Assembly: GCA_044356455.1 (NCBI GenBank)
Contig: JBIKWF010000039.1
Coordinates: 1-34,718 of the forward strand
From: Bdellovibrionota bacterium
GTDB taxonomy: Bacteria > Bdellovibrionota_C > UBA2361 > JBGSMV01
Length of the DNA: 34,718 nucleotides
Direction of reading: 5' to 3'
Shown: positions 18,354-27,624 of the stretch, one piece after another
Layout: each line of letters opens with the position of its first letter
Position numbering within the stretch: the first letter of the stretch is position 1
Notes under the pieces: model-generated
The model's input: only the letters and a program-made list of their open reading frames with translations
Told to the model about the DNA's origin: nothing
Database searches by the model: none
Made by a program: the position numbers and the translations under genes

Positions 18354-18911
18354 ATGGCTCAGATCCTTAGTTTCCCCTCAAAGCGCGCTGCGTCCAATAG
18401 AGCTCACTCTTTTCAATTCGAGCAATCTGCTCATTCGGCGCCTTCTCCCGCGTCTCGTGTACTGTCTGCGTCTTGTATGGTTTCTGAGGTGCGTTCCGTT
18501 GCAGATAGCTTTGTGACGGGCCGCGGAGTGGTGCGTGCGCGGAGTGGCAGTAAAAGTCCACTGCGAGTGGTGCAGTCTCCGACCGCCCGGGAGAGACGAA
18601 TTATGGATGAGCTCGCGCGGTGCGGGGACACCATAACTCTAGATCGCATTCTCCTGGCCGAGGAAGTCATTACGCTAGATAACGTGGTGCAAGAGAGCGA
18701 TCTGCCTGAAGGCAAGCCTCTCGAGGCCACGCCTTTGTCGAATCGCCGCGCACTTGCGCAGCGGCATCTTGAAGAAGCGGGCAGGCTTGTTGGCGAAGAG
18801 GGCGAAGAGGGGAGATTGTTAGGCTGGGTACTTGAAGATTGTGCGGAGCTGCTGCGGCGCGAATGGGGCGAGTCCCAGGGAAGCCTCGACGCAGGCAGTT
18901 GCAATTACTAG
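18354..18911 (+). CDS. Hypothetical protein
   Basis: 185-aa ORF, ATG start, AAAGGGA upstream. Confidence 0.55.
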   Translation: MAQILSFPSKRAASNRAHSFQFEQSAHSAPSPASRVLSASCMVSEVRSVADSFVTGRGVVRARSGSKSPLRVVQSPTARERRIMDELARCGDTITLDRILLAEEVITLDNVVQESDLPEGKPLEATPLSNRRALAQRHLEEAGRLVGEEGEEGRLLGWVLEDCAELLRREWGESQGSLDAGSCNY

Positions 18912-18922
18912 CAGGCAATTAC

Positions 18923-19076
18923 CTAGGGAGCCTCTGAAAAACTCCCCCTCCGCGTACTCAGCGTCCTCTGCGTTATTTCAAAACTATTGAATAACGCGGA
19001 GCCGGGGACGCAGAGTAAGCGGAGGGAAAACAGGACAAAAAAAGTTCCTTTTCGAGGTTTTTCAGAGGCTCCCTAA
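18923..19076. mobile_element. MITE-like palindromic element (CGCAGAG core) with perfect 19-bp terminal inverted repeats
   Basis: TAGGGAGCCTCTGAAAAAC (18924-18942) / GTTTTTCAGAGGCTCCCTA (19057-19075); flanks CTAG/CTAA. Confidence 0.88.
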
Positions 19077-19101
19077 AACGAGATCCGGGGGCCAGGTAAA
19101 A

Positions 19102-19653
19102 ATGAAAGTGAGTATGGATCAAGTCACTTGGACTATCTCCCCGTTCCGCAATCTCTCAGCAGAACTCCTTTATCGAATTCTTCAAGCGCGGCAAGAAGTT
19201 TTTGTTATAGAGCAAGCCTGTATTTTTCCTGAAATTGACGGAAAAGACCCAAGCGCCGTGCATGTGGTAGCGGAGCAGCATGGAGCAGTCGCGGGCTATT
19301 GCAGGATTTTCGGTCCAGGTGTCACGTTTAAGGAAGCCAGTATTGGGCGCGTCATAACCACGAAGCAATTTCGCGGCACAGGAGTTGGCCGAGAGCTTAT
19401 GCGCCGTGCGATTGCAGAGGCCACGCGTCTTTACCCTGCCGCGGGAATAAGAATTTCAGCTCAGCAGTATCTCGAAAAGTTTTATTCCTCTTTTGGTTTT
19501 GTGACTGCTTCCGATAGCTATCTAGAAGATGGAATTCCGCATGTCGATATGTTTCGGGGTTCCGCCGCACAAGAGCTCGAGCAGGCGAATCAACTTCTAA
19601 CTCAGTCGTCAGATGGCTATGCGGCAGTGCTTAAAAGCCAAGGGAACATCTGA
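19102..19653 (+). CDS. elaA: ElaA-family GNAT acetyltransferase
   Basis: LYRILQARQEVFVIEQ.C...DGKD, SIGRV, RGTGVG, SAQQYLEKFYSSFGF, YLEDGIPHVDM. Confidence 0.92.
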   Translation: MKVSMDQVTWTISPFRNLSAELLYRILQARQEVFVIEQACIFPEIDGKDPSAVHVVAEQHGAVAGYCRIFGPGVTFKEASIGRVITTKQFRGTGVGRELMRRAIAEATRLYPAAGIRISAQQYLEKFYSSFGFVTASDSYLEDGIPHVDMFRGSAAQELEQANQLLTQSSDGYAAVLKSQGNI

Positions 19654-19772
19654 AAAACTCACCTCTGTGTACCTCTGAGCCCTCTGTGGTGAAATTTTCA
19701 AGAAGAAATTCACCGCAGAGGAAACAAAGGTACACAGAGGTGTCTTAAGAATGAAGGTTCTTCAGAGATTCC
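19643..19772. mobile_element. MITE-like palindromic element between convergent genes, supplying both stop codons
   Basis: GGAACATCTGAAAAAC...GTTCTTCAGAGATTCC with CTCTGTG/CACAGAG arms. Confidence 0.78.
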
Positions 19773-21090
19773 TACACAAAAGGTGCCTCTCTACGGTGGT
19801 TTTCCTTGAGCCAGTAGTTCGAATCTCAGGGTCGCTAAAGGTGCAAAGTGGGATGAAACCAGCTTTCCGCATCATGCCGGCAGAGCCCGCATTCTGCTCG
19901 TGCCTCTTGGCGTAGATTCGTTCAATCCCTGCTGCGTTCAGGTACTTCACTGCAGCTTTGAGTAACCTGCTTCCTATACCTTGACCGCGGTGGCTCGAGG
20001 TCACGGTTACTTCAGAAATATAGGCCCGTTTCTGTTCGAGAGCCTCGGGTGGATCAATATCTTCGTAATACTTTCCAAGCGTATAGGTTAGCGCGCCTAC
20101 AATCTCCCCGTGCACTTCTGCTACCAAAGCATGTGCCAGGCCTTGTTCAATTTCGCGGCCATGAGCCATGAGCTCGTTTTCCGGAAGATGGTTCCATTCG
20201 CTTTTTCCATGCTCAAGTATAAATTTGACGATACGAGACCCCTCGCGGGAAGCACGAATGCGGAAGGGGAGTACGTTCGGCGCGTGCGAGCCGAGTTCGA
20301 TAATCCGCGCAGCGCTCCCTTGAGAAGGCGCAATAACCATCGGTCCTTGTTCGTGTAACGAAACAGGAGATCCCGCGGGGGTGCAGAACACTCCCCCCGC
20401 TTCCTTTACCCAGAGTGACGGGGCAGCGATATCCCAGCAGCCTTGTTTCAGGGCAAGAGGATTATTGTCGTGCACGAGGGCCATCCCTGGATGGAGCCTG
20501 CATGCGAGCCCCGCGCTTGGGGGATCGGTGGTAACAAGATCTATCCCCCCGGGCTGGCGTGCACGCTCTCTAAGAGACTGCATAAATGCGCTCTCAAGAC
20601 TTGCATCTCCATAGTTATTAAGCCGTAGCCAGCTGAGTGGGGCAGGGCCAGCTTTCCAATCGACTCGCTCTCCGTTTCGAAACGCGCCTTCGCCTCGAGC
20701 GGCCCAATACATTTCTTGGATAAGCGGGAAAAAAACTACGGCACAAGTAACCTCGCCCCCCTCGACGAGCGCTACCATCACGGAGGGGTGGGAGGGGTCC
20801 TTGGTTCTGAGAAACGCAGTGCTTCCATCGAGAGGGTCAACCACCCACGTCATGCGCGCGTCAAGTGGCGTACCATCCCAAGACTCTTCCGAAACGATGC
20901 GCGCCTCAGGAGTGAGGCGGCGAAGAGCGGTGGTGAGAAAACTGTCGAGTTCCCGATCGATTGCAGAAACCAAATCTCCGGGCCCTTTATGTTCAACGTG
21001 CTGCTCGGAGCCCCAGGCGCCTCTGAGCATAGCGCCTGCCGTCCGGACAATCTCGATCGCTGGGGAGAGAAGTGCATGCTGCGGAATCAT
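19762..21090 (-). CDS. Inositol monophosphatase-family protein fused to a C-terminal GNAT domain
   Basis: DLVSAID, VSEE, WVVDPLDGST and WDIAA (IMPase); YISEVTV..HRGQGIGSRLL..N..S..MRKAGF (GNAT). Start at ATG 21090 or 21174. Confidence 0.85.
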   Translation of the reverse strand: MIPQHALLSPAIEIVRTAGAMLRGAWGSEQHVEHKGPGDLVSAIDRELDSFLTTALRRLTPEARIVSEESWDGTPLDARMTWVVDPLDGSTAFLRTKDPSHPSVMVALVEGGEVTCAVVFFPLIQEMYWAARGEGAFRNGERVDWKAGPAPLSWLRLNNYGDASLESAFMQSLRERARQPGGIDLVTTDPPSAGLACRLHPGMALVHDNNPLALKQGCWDIAAPSLWVKEAGGVFCTPAGSPVSLHEQGPMVIAPSQGSAARIIELGSHAPNVLPFRIRASREGSRIVKFILEHGKSEWNHLPENELMAHGREIEQGLAHALVAEVHGEIVGALTYTLGKYYEDIDPPEALEQKRAYISEVTVTSSHRGQGIGSRLLKAAVKYLNAAGIERIYAKRHEQNAGSAGMMRKAGFIPLCTFSDPEIRTTGSRKTTVERHLLCRNL

Positions 21091-21238
21091 ATCGGGAGTA
21101 TGGCGACAAGTCGTTTCAGAATCTACTGGCTGAAAAGGCGCCTTTGGACTGGATGGGTTAGGTGCATACTGCATAGAATTTTCTCCTCAGTGAGAAGAGT
21201 CTTGCAGAGCGGGAACATCATCGCATGGGGAGGTGGAT

Positions 21239-21272
21239 ATTGATCCAGTTTAATGCCATACTATGGATCAAT
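21239..21272. promoter_or_regulatory. Perfect 9-bp inverted repeat (candidate operator) overlapping the regulator start
   Basis: ATTGATCCA-N16-TGGATCAAT between divergent genes. Confidence 0.5.
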
Positions 21273-22311
21273 GCAGCTCACCTTATCTGAACAGCGCGTC
21301 TTTGGCCTCCTCGAATTAGAGGCGGATCTCTCCGCTACAGAAGTGGCACGCAGAGCTCGCCTTAAATCTCCGACGGTACAAAGAATTCTCGCTCTCGCTC
21401 GCGAGAGGGGTTTTATTGCTGGCCGCACCGCAGTAATCGACCTCTCTCAGCTCGGGCTGCTTGAGTGTGGAATATGCTTATCCTTGCAGGGGAGTGAGGA
21501 GAATCACGAACGCCTTATGAAGATACTTCTGGCTCGGCGGGAGGTAAGCTGGATAGCCGAGCTTGGGGGAGAGTACGATCTCGCCTTTAATCTTATTATT
21601 GCTCATCCGCGTGAGGCGCAGCGTTTCCTCGCTATGCTGAGCGAGCAATTCCCGGGAGTCCTTGCCTCGTATTCTGTCTGTTTTAGGACCGAGCGCATCC
21701 GCTTTTGTCGCGCAAAACTTTTTGGACATGCAGGTGGGCTCCATTCAAGGGCTCGATTTTACATGGGACGCGGGCAGGCCAGTGAGATCGATGAACGTTC
21801 TCGCGTAGGTGCGAAACAGCAGGTGACGGTTCAGCCAGTAGATGCCTTAGATGCCGTGGACTGGAAAGTCCTTGAAGTGCTTTCTGGAGCTGCTCATGAG
21901 TCCTTTCGAGAATTGGCGCTTATTGCGGAAATTCCCGTCGCTACGTTTCTAAGGCGCATTAAACAACTACGACAAAAAAAGATCCTGCTCGGCTTTGGCC
22001 TGCGATTTAATCTTGATTTATTAGGCGTGCAGCAATACCGAATTCTGATCTCCTCGGCAGAGGGGCAGGAGAGAATGTGGAAGCGACTGACTCAATATTG
22101 TACCGAGCAAGGGCGCATTAAGCTGCTTACTAAGGTTCTTGGTGAGTGGTGTATCGAAGCAGAGGTGGATGTAAAATCTCCTCACGAACTAAAAGTTCTT
22201 ATAAGAGAGCTCAAGGCTTTTCTCAGGCCAGAGAAAGCCGAGATTAGAACCCTGCCGATTTTGCAGCATCGAAAATTCATTTCGTTTCCGCCGATACGGA
22301 GGGGTTCTTAA
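21271..22311 (+). CDS. Lrp/AsnC family regulator with two tandem HTH+RAM units
   Basis: Two Lrp-like units (LSATEVARRARLKSPTVQR...IDLSQLG; LDAVDWKVLEVL..ESFRELA..TFLRRIKQLRQKKIL..NLDLLG). Confidence 0.85.
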   Translation: MQLTLSEQRVFGLLELEADLSATEVARRARLKSPTVQRILALARERGFIAGRTAVIDLSQLGLLECGICLSLQGSEENHERLMKILLARREVSWIAELGGEYDLAFNLIIAHPREAQRFLAMLSEQFPGVLASYSVCFRTERIRFCRAKLFGHAGGLHSRARFYMGRGQASEIDERSRVGAKQQVTVQPVDALDAVDWKVLEVLSGAAHESFRELALIAEIPVATFLRRIKQLRQKKILLGFGLRFNLDLLGVQQYRILISSAEGQERMWKRLTQYCTEQGRIKLLTKVLGEWCIEAEVDVKSPHELKVLIRELKAFLRPEKAEIRTLPILQHRKFISFPPIRRGS

Positions 22312-22435
22312 GGAACCTCTAAAAATCCTCGATATTTTATTTTTTCTCTCTGTGATCTCTGTGGTTTTTCAACAATTTAAACCAGCCACAGAGGGCACAG
22401 AGATCACAGGGTGGGCTTTTTCAGAGCTTCCTTAG
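22308..22435. mobile_element. MITE-like palindromic element (CACAGAG core) at the regulator stop codon
   Basis: TTAA-GGAACCTCTAAAAA...TTTTTCAGAGCTTCC-TTAG; homologous to 5226-5352. Confidence 0.85.
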
Positions 22436-22468
22436 GATTAAAGAAGCATTTGTTCGGTAATTTTTGTC

Positions 22469-22498
22469 TTCACTGATGCCGACGGGCTATGCTAGAGT
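22469..22498 (+). promoter_or_regulatory. Candidate sigma70 promoter of the leader peptide
   Basis: TTCACT-N18-TAGAGT with an extended -10 TG. Confidence 0.45.
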
Positions 22499-22512
22499 CT
22501 CGTTTCTTAACC

Positions 22513-22578
22513 ATGTCGTCGATTCGCGCACTCATTCTAGGCCTTATTATTATCCTTCCACGGAGGGTGATGGGGTGA
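22513..22578 (+). CDS. Ile/Leu/Val-rich attenuator leader peptide MSSIRALILGLIIILPRRVMG
   Basis: 10 of 21 codons are I/L/V, clustered and including CTA, followed by an intrinsic terminator. Confidence 0.7.
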   Translation: MSSIRALILGLIIILPRRVMG

Positions 22579-22622
22579 TCTAGGCGCAATATTCTGGCAG
22601 CAGAGCGTAGAATCAGAATTAG

Positions 22623-22665
22623 AAAAACCTCTTCAACCCCTCAAAAGGCTGAAGAGGTTTTTTTT
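22623..22665 (+). terminator. Attenuator terminator hairpin
   Basis: AAAAACCTCTTCAACC...GGCTGAAGAGG followed by T8. Confidence 0.85.
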
Positions 22666-22780
22666 ATGCTTTGTGTTCTCGAAAGCCGGGATGTGGTCGC
22701 TGCGGTGCTGAGGGAAAACATTTCTCAGTATTGGTAGGTAAAGGAGTGCCCGATGAGACGGCTCATGAAACCGAGGGATT

Positions 22781-22975
22781 ATGAATATGAGAGCTATGTC
22801 CGGCGAAGTAAAGAACCAAGCAAAGGTAGGTACACCTACGCAACCTGAAAGAGGCAAGGAGGTCACTCCTTCAGCGGTCGCTCATGAGGGGGAGCGGCTT
22901 GCCTTGCCCGAACTTTCTGAAGAGGAGCGCGAAACGTTGGCACGTATGAGTGATTTTATGGGTAGGCGCTACTAG
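22781..22975 (+). CDS. Small hypothetical protein downstream of the attenuator
   Basis: 64 aa, GAGGG upstream, amphipathic C-terminal helix. A competing 31-aa ORF from ATG 22753 has an AAGGAG SD. Confidence 0.4.
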   Translation: MNMRAMSGEVKNQAKVGTPTQPERGKEVTPSAVAHEGERLALPELSEEERETLARMSDFMGRRY

Positions 22976-23068
22976 GACTTGATGGCAAGCCCCGCCCCGA
23001 GGGAAAGTGCTGCACTAGTTCCCCCATATGAGGTAATAGTTTGGGTTCCTTGCAAGTTGGGAGGTGGT

Positions 23069-24412
23069 ATGTTCAACAGCAAAGCGTCGCACAGGGTCTC
23101 TTCACTTCTCGCGCTTAGTGCGTCTCTGGCAGGGTGTTCATCCGGCCCCAAGGGGGCAGGAGAACACGAATCAAGCGCTTGCCCGAACGCAATTTCAGTG
23201 CGGCTCTCCCCGGTGACTGGTTACGCAGCTCGCCATATTGGCTCCTGGGCGCCTTGGACCACCGAGATTTCGGCAAACATACCTGCGTCACTTCACAAAG
23301 TTCCTGAACATTCATCAGAGGCCGTATTTGGTGAATTCTCGTTTGGAGAGGGGACGCGTTACAAGGTAACCGGCAAAAAAGTTGGTTTCATGTTGGATGA
23401 GGCGCGCGAGCGTTTCATTGCTGATGAGAATCGAAATGGCGACCTCACGGACGATCTCCCCGCCTCGTGGACAGTCGAACGCAGGCCGTCGCGAGATGGG
23501 ACTGCGACCATTGGCCAAGTGACCGTCAGAACTGAGATTGCAGCGCATGAGCGCTATGACGCGCCTTCATTCTCCGTTGCCTTGTTCTTTCGAGATGCCG
23601 TGACAAGAGCAAAGTATGGGGAAACACTTTCGCTTGACCGATATCGCGATTATGCAACGGAAGGGATTCTCGAATTGGGGGCTCATTCGTACCGAATTCT
23701 GCTTGATGATGGGGCAGTAACAGGGGACTTTGCAGCATCTCTCGCTTCTCCGCGCTCAGAGATCTCGCTGCTAATTGATGTGAATGGGAACGGGGCATTT
23801 GAGAGTAAGGGGGAGGAGTTTGATGCTGATAAACCATTTACCTTGCAAGGGGTGACATACCAAGTTCTGAGCATCTCCCCGGATGGGACAAGGCTCGAGC
23901 TTGTGAGATCCTCAGTGGCAGTGCCTGAGATACCACCACCGCCAGATCTCCGGGTGGGGGCGAGAGTTCCATCTTTCACGGCAACGACGTTGGCGGGGGA
24001 GAAGATTAGCTTTCCAGATTCTTTCAAGGGCAAGATTGTGTTGCTCGATTTTTGGGCTTCTTGGTGCGGGCCCTGTGTGGCGGAGCTTCCTCACCTTCGG
24101 AGCGCCTTTGAGCAGTTTCAAGGAGAGGGCTTCGAGATAGTAAGTGTTGCAATTGATGAAGAGAAGTCCCGCGCAAAAGCCCACGAGCTCATAGAGGCCC
24201 AGAAAATGGAGTGGTTCCAGATTTTTGATAGTGGAGGCTGGACTGGAGAGATTATAAGTCGATTCAGTCCAGAAGGCATACCCGCGGGGTACTTAGTTGA
24301 TGGGGACACCGGGCTCATTGTCGCTTCACTCCAGCAGCTTCGCGGGAATCAGCTAGGGCCCAAGATTCGCCAGATTCTTCAGGCAAAACGCGAGGGCGAA
24401 TTGCAGAAGTGA
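23069..24412 (+). CDS. TlpA/redoxin-family thiol-disulfide oxidoreductase lipoprotein with a large N-terminal domain
   Basis: GGAGG SD + ATG 23069, lipobox LAGC, FKGKIVLLDFWASWCGPCVAELP, GIP cis-Pro loop. Confidence 0.88.
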   Translation: MFNSKASHRVSSLLALSASLAGCSSGPKGAGEHESSACPNAISVRLSPVTGYAARHIGSWAPWTTEISANIPASLHKVPEHSSEAVFGEFSFGEGTRYKVTGKKVGFMLDEARERFIADENRNGDLTDDLPASWTVERRPSRDGTATIGQVTVRTEIAAHERYDAPSFSVALFFRDAVTRAKYGETLSLDRYRDYATEGILELGAHSYRILLDDGAVTGDFAASLASPRSEISLLIDVNGNGAFESKGEEFDADKPFTLQGVTYQVLSISPDGTRLELVRSSVAVPEIPPPPDLRVGARVPSFTATTLAGEKISFPDSFKGKIVLLDFWASWCGPCVAELPHLRSAFEQFQGEGFEIVSVAIDEEKSRAKAHELIEAQKMEWFQIFDSGGWTGEIISRFSPEGIPAGYLVDGDTGLIVASLQQLRGNQLGPKIRQILQAKREGELQK

Positions 24413-24486
24413 AGAGCTCCCTTTGGGGTAAAAGGATGTTTTGCTTCTCTTTTGACTAAGTCCTGAAATTTCCGCATTATTTTCAG

Positions 24487-27057
24487 GTGGTTGAGTTTCC
24501 GCCTCTTAGCTCTGACAGTGCGCGCCGCGAGATTTCCGGCGAGACGCGAGACGCGCGCTCGCCCGCCGAAATCAGCGCCCGAGGATTCTCACTGAAGAAC
24601 CTAAGTATCGAGGGTACTGCGGAGAATATCGCCTCCTTCTATTGCGCCTTCTCGCTGCCAGAGGTCAGCAGTGTTTGTCTCGAGGAAGACGACTTTGAAG
24701 ACTTCGCTTCGCTTGAAGTGCCAATGCGGAATAGTCCCACTTCCGACGAGGTAGCGCGCGAGCTGATTCCTCTTCTTCGAACCTTTTCAGAAAATGAACG
24801 TCGCTTCCTGCGCTTTTTATTTGACGATTCGGCAGCTTTTTCAAAGGCTGTTGAGGCAGCAAGACTGTCGCCCTTTCGTGCACTTGAAGTTCAGAACTCC
24901 GTGCGAAGGTGCGTGGCGAACAGCCTCGCGAGGCATGACAAGTCGGGCGAATCGTTTGATGTTTTCATAGCAAATCTCCAAAACGGTAATCTACCTCTAA
25001 GTATTGAATCGCTTGAGCTCTTTGCCACGGGCCCTTGTTTTATGGAGTTAGTGTTCGAGTCGAAAGAGCCAGTCTTAATGGAGTTTCGATCGCGCTGTTT
25101 TTGGGATGACCCTCCGGAAAATTCACCAGGTTCTGCGTTTGAGGCCATGGGTGAACGGAGTAAGGCTGCGTACGCGGCGTATCTCTATCGTCGTAGCCCT
25201 CATCTCTCCATGGTAGTTGATAGTCCAACTACTCTTTGTATTTTTGGCGTGCGGCAATTCGCGTCTGAGGTCTCGTCAGAGGGTGGATCTTCCTTCAAGG
25301 AAGTACTGCTGAAAAAGCTGGTTTCACTTGGGGTATTCTCAGGAAGCATTCTTGAAGACTTCTCCGCGGGGCGAACGTCCGCTCGCGGCGAGGCTGTGAA
25401 GGATTATTTGCAGCGAGCGATTGTGGGGGAAGCTCTTTACCGTGAGAACTACTGCGGAGCAGAGGCGATTCGTGCAGAGCGTATGCTAAGCGCCAAGGCC
25501 ATGTCGCAAGACGTACCTCAGCGTGCGTGTTTCTTTCTTCTCGAGCAACTTAGGTCTTCAGAGGTACTTCCCCCTCCTATTGAATTTACTCTGCGCTATT
25601 TGCCAGAGCTCAGGAAGGAGTTTCTCAAGACTGTGCGAAAGCAGATTGCTGCGGCGAGTTCGGAGGATGCCCACTACGTAGGGAAGTGCCGCGCGCTTCT
25701 GACTTTAAAAAATCATCGGGCGTTTGAGCGGTATTGCACCTCCGGTCGGCCCAGTCTGGTGAGTGCTTCAGCACAGCCAGTGCTTCCCCGATCCGAGCGA
25801 GGCTCCGAGGAAGCGGCGAACAGGTGCCTTTCTGCCATGCTCGAGCTCGTATCGAGAGCTGCGCTAGGACATGTCTCAGATGAGGCACTTGCAGCAGTTC
25901 TTGTGGAGCCTGAGGCATTTGAAGTCCTTTTGTCAGACCGCTCGCAGGCAGTACGAGCCTTCCGCGAAAGAATTTTCCGCGAACAAGGCGGATTTCATCT
26001 GGAGCGACTAGGGGAGAACGTGCGCCTGGCTTTTGGCGTGTATTTACGGAGGAAGCACCCACACATTGACGATATCACCCCGTGCGAGGCCCTTGCTCAA
26101 ATCCTGGGTCACAAAAAAGAGTGGAATGACGTCGATCGTGTGGCATGGCGTATTGCGAAGTCGGCGCTTGCGCTAGGAGTTTACCGCGCTGAGGCGGAGG
26201 TAGGCTATCCACTTGCTCGTGGAAGCGATATTGGATTCTTACTTACCCGAAAAGTAGTCGGTGATAAGCAGTTTGAGGAAAATCGAGTTATTGTGCTCTC
26301 GGCCATGTTTCCGACGCTGGACCATGCCTTTCGCAGAGAGTCGTGTTCTACCGTCACGAAAGCGGTGAAGAGCGTCCTTGAGCTTCCTCCTGATGCCACG
26401 GTTCATCAGGTGTGCGCTCAGCTCGTTGATTTGGGAATTACCAGTCCCATAATCCCGGTTAATCACCAGTTCCCACCTCGGCACATGAGTAACTACTTCT
26501 TTGAGGAATGCGTAGGGTTTCTCTCGTTCTATAATCTTGGCCAGCATATCCGTGACCACTATGGCACTATCGATCGCCTCGCCCAGGTAGGTCCTACCCT
26601 CGGGACGCCCCTAGGCGTGGGCCGCCGAACGCTTGATATCATTAAGGAGGTGCTTCGCCGAGGATATCTCTCTGCGGAGGTCCCCGTGGGTCAGGCACCT
26701 GGCGCCTCAAATTGTGGAACTACTTCAACGTACTTTTTTGATGAGGAAGCGGTAGGAAGGGAGCAAGTAATCAGGAATATTCAGAGGTATCTGCAGCTGA
26801 CCCTCTCACATGTAGGCGAGCTCAAAAACGAAACAAAAGGCGCGAGAACTCTGAGAGAGCTTTGTGAGCGCTACTTGGGGCTTGCCTCGTATGCTGAAAT
26901 TGCGGCCTATGCGATAGCGCAAGGTCTCCAGTCGCCAAAGCTCCCTCCTGGATATCTGCCGAAGAGTAACGCAGACCTCTTTCTTGACGCGAGCGCGGTC
27001 GGTCCCGAATGGGCCTCTCTGAATCGAGCAGAATGGCAGCGGCGACGCGCTGCTTGA
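24487..27057 (+). CDS. Large hypothetical protein with five ~82-aa internal repeats and a possible degenerate sigma-region-4-like HTH
   Basis: 856-aa ORF; internal repeats aligned by eye. Confidence 0.75.
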   Translation: MVEFPPLSSDSARREISGETRDARSPAEISARGFSLKNLSIEGTAENIASFYCAFSLPEVSSVCLEEDDFEDFASLEVPMRNSPTSDEVARELIPLLRTFSENERRFLRFLFDDSAAFSKAVEAARLSPFRALEVQNSVRRCVANSLARHDKSGESFDVFIANLQNGNLPLSIESLELFATGPCFMELVFESKEPVLMEFRSRCFWDDPPENSPGSAFEAMGERSKAAYAAYLYRRSPHLSMVVDSPTTLCIFGVRQFASEVSSEGGSSFKEVLLKKLVSLGVFSGSILEDFSAGRTSARGEAVKDYLQRAIVGEALYRENYCGAEAIRAERMLSAKAMSQDVPQRACFFLLEQLRSSEVLPPPIEFTLRYLPELRKEFLKTVRKQIAAASSEDAHYVGKCRALLTLKNHRAFERYCTSGRPSLVSASAQPVLPRSERGSEEAANRCLSAMLELVSRAALGHVSDEALAAVLVEPEAFEVLLSDRSQAVRAFRERIFREQGGFHLERLGENVRLAFGVYLRRKHPHIDDITPCEALAQILGHKKEWNDVDRVAWRIAKSALALGVYRAEAEVGYPLARGSDIGFLLTRKVVGDKQFEENRVIVLSAMFPTLDHAFRRESCSTVTKAVKSVLELPPDATVHQVCAQLVDLGITSPIIPVNHQFPPRHMSNYFFEECVGFLSFYNLGQHIRDHYGTIDRLAQVGPTLGTPLGVGRRTLDIIKEVLRRGYLSAEVPVGQAPGASNCGTTSTYFFDEEAVGREQVIRNIQRYLQLTLSHVGELKNETKGARTLRELCERYLGLASYAEIAAYAIAQGLQSPKLPPGYLPKSNADLFLDASAVGPEWASLNRAEWQRRRAA

Positions 27058-27075
27058 AAGAGCAAGGCCATGCGA

Positions 27076-27624
27076 CTACGCAGCGAGGAGCCTGCGAGGA
27101 CGCTCTTGAGTTGTGGGCAGGCTTCCCCAAAGGGTGTGCGCGAGAGACTCCGCAATTTCGTCGATTTCTCTCGCTTCGCACGCATCTTTGCCGTTTATTG
27201 AAACGGTAATCTTTACTTCATTCAGAGGTGAGCTCGATAGCGATATTGCGACTGGTCCCGGTCTCTTCATATTTGAGTTCGAGCGCGTCACAATGCGCCG
27301 AAGCAGAGAAACCCCTTGTTTATCTACACCAAAGACTTCAGTGACCCAGCGCGGCTGCCGAGAGATTGCAAAGTCGACAGACGCTGCAGGGGAGCCAGTT
27401 CCACCGACTAGGGTGAAGCGTGTATGGCCGGCAGCATATTTGAGCATGAGGACGGTGAGGGCTTGAATAGCAGATGTCCATTGAAAACTTGCTTCGGCAT
27501 GCCGCCCTAGAGTGGTCTTGCCGCGGACTGAGAGAATGGATTCCTTTTGGGAAGGGTGGAGGAATTCAATCTCGTCGAGTTCAATCGAGTCACCTTTGTA
27601 GAGCGCCAAATGAATTTGAGTCAC
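27076..27624 (-). CDS. Hypothetical protein
   Basis: 182 aa, AGGAG SD ahead of GTG 27624. Confidence 0.75.
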   Translation of the reverse strand: MTQIHLALYKGDSIELDEIEFLHPSQKESILSVRGKTTLGRHAEASFQWTSAIQALTVLMLKYAAGHTRFTLVGGTGSPAASVDFAISRQPRWVTEVFGVDKQGVSLLRRIVTRSNSNMKRPGPVAISLSSSPLNEVKITVSINGKDACEAREIDEIAESLAHTLWGSLPTTQERPRRLLAA

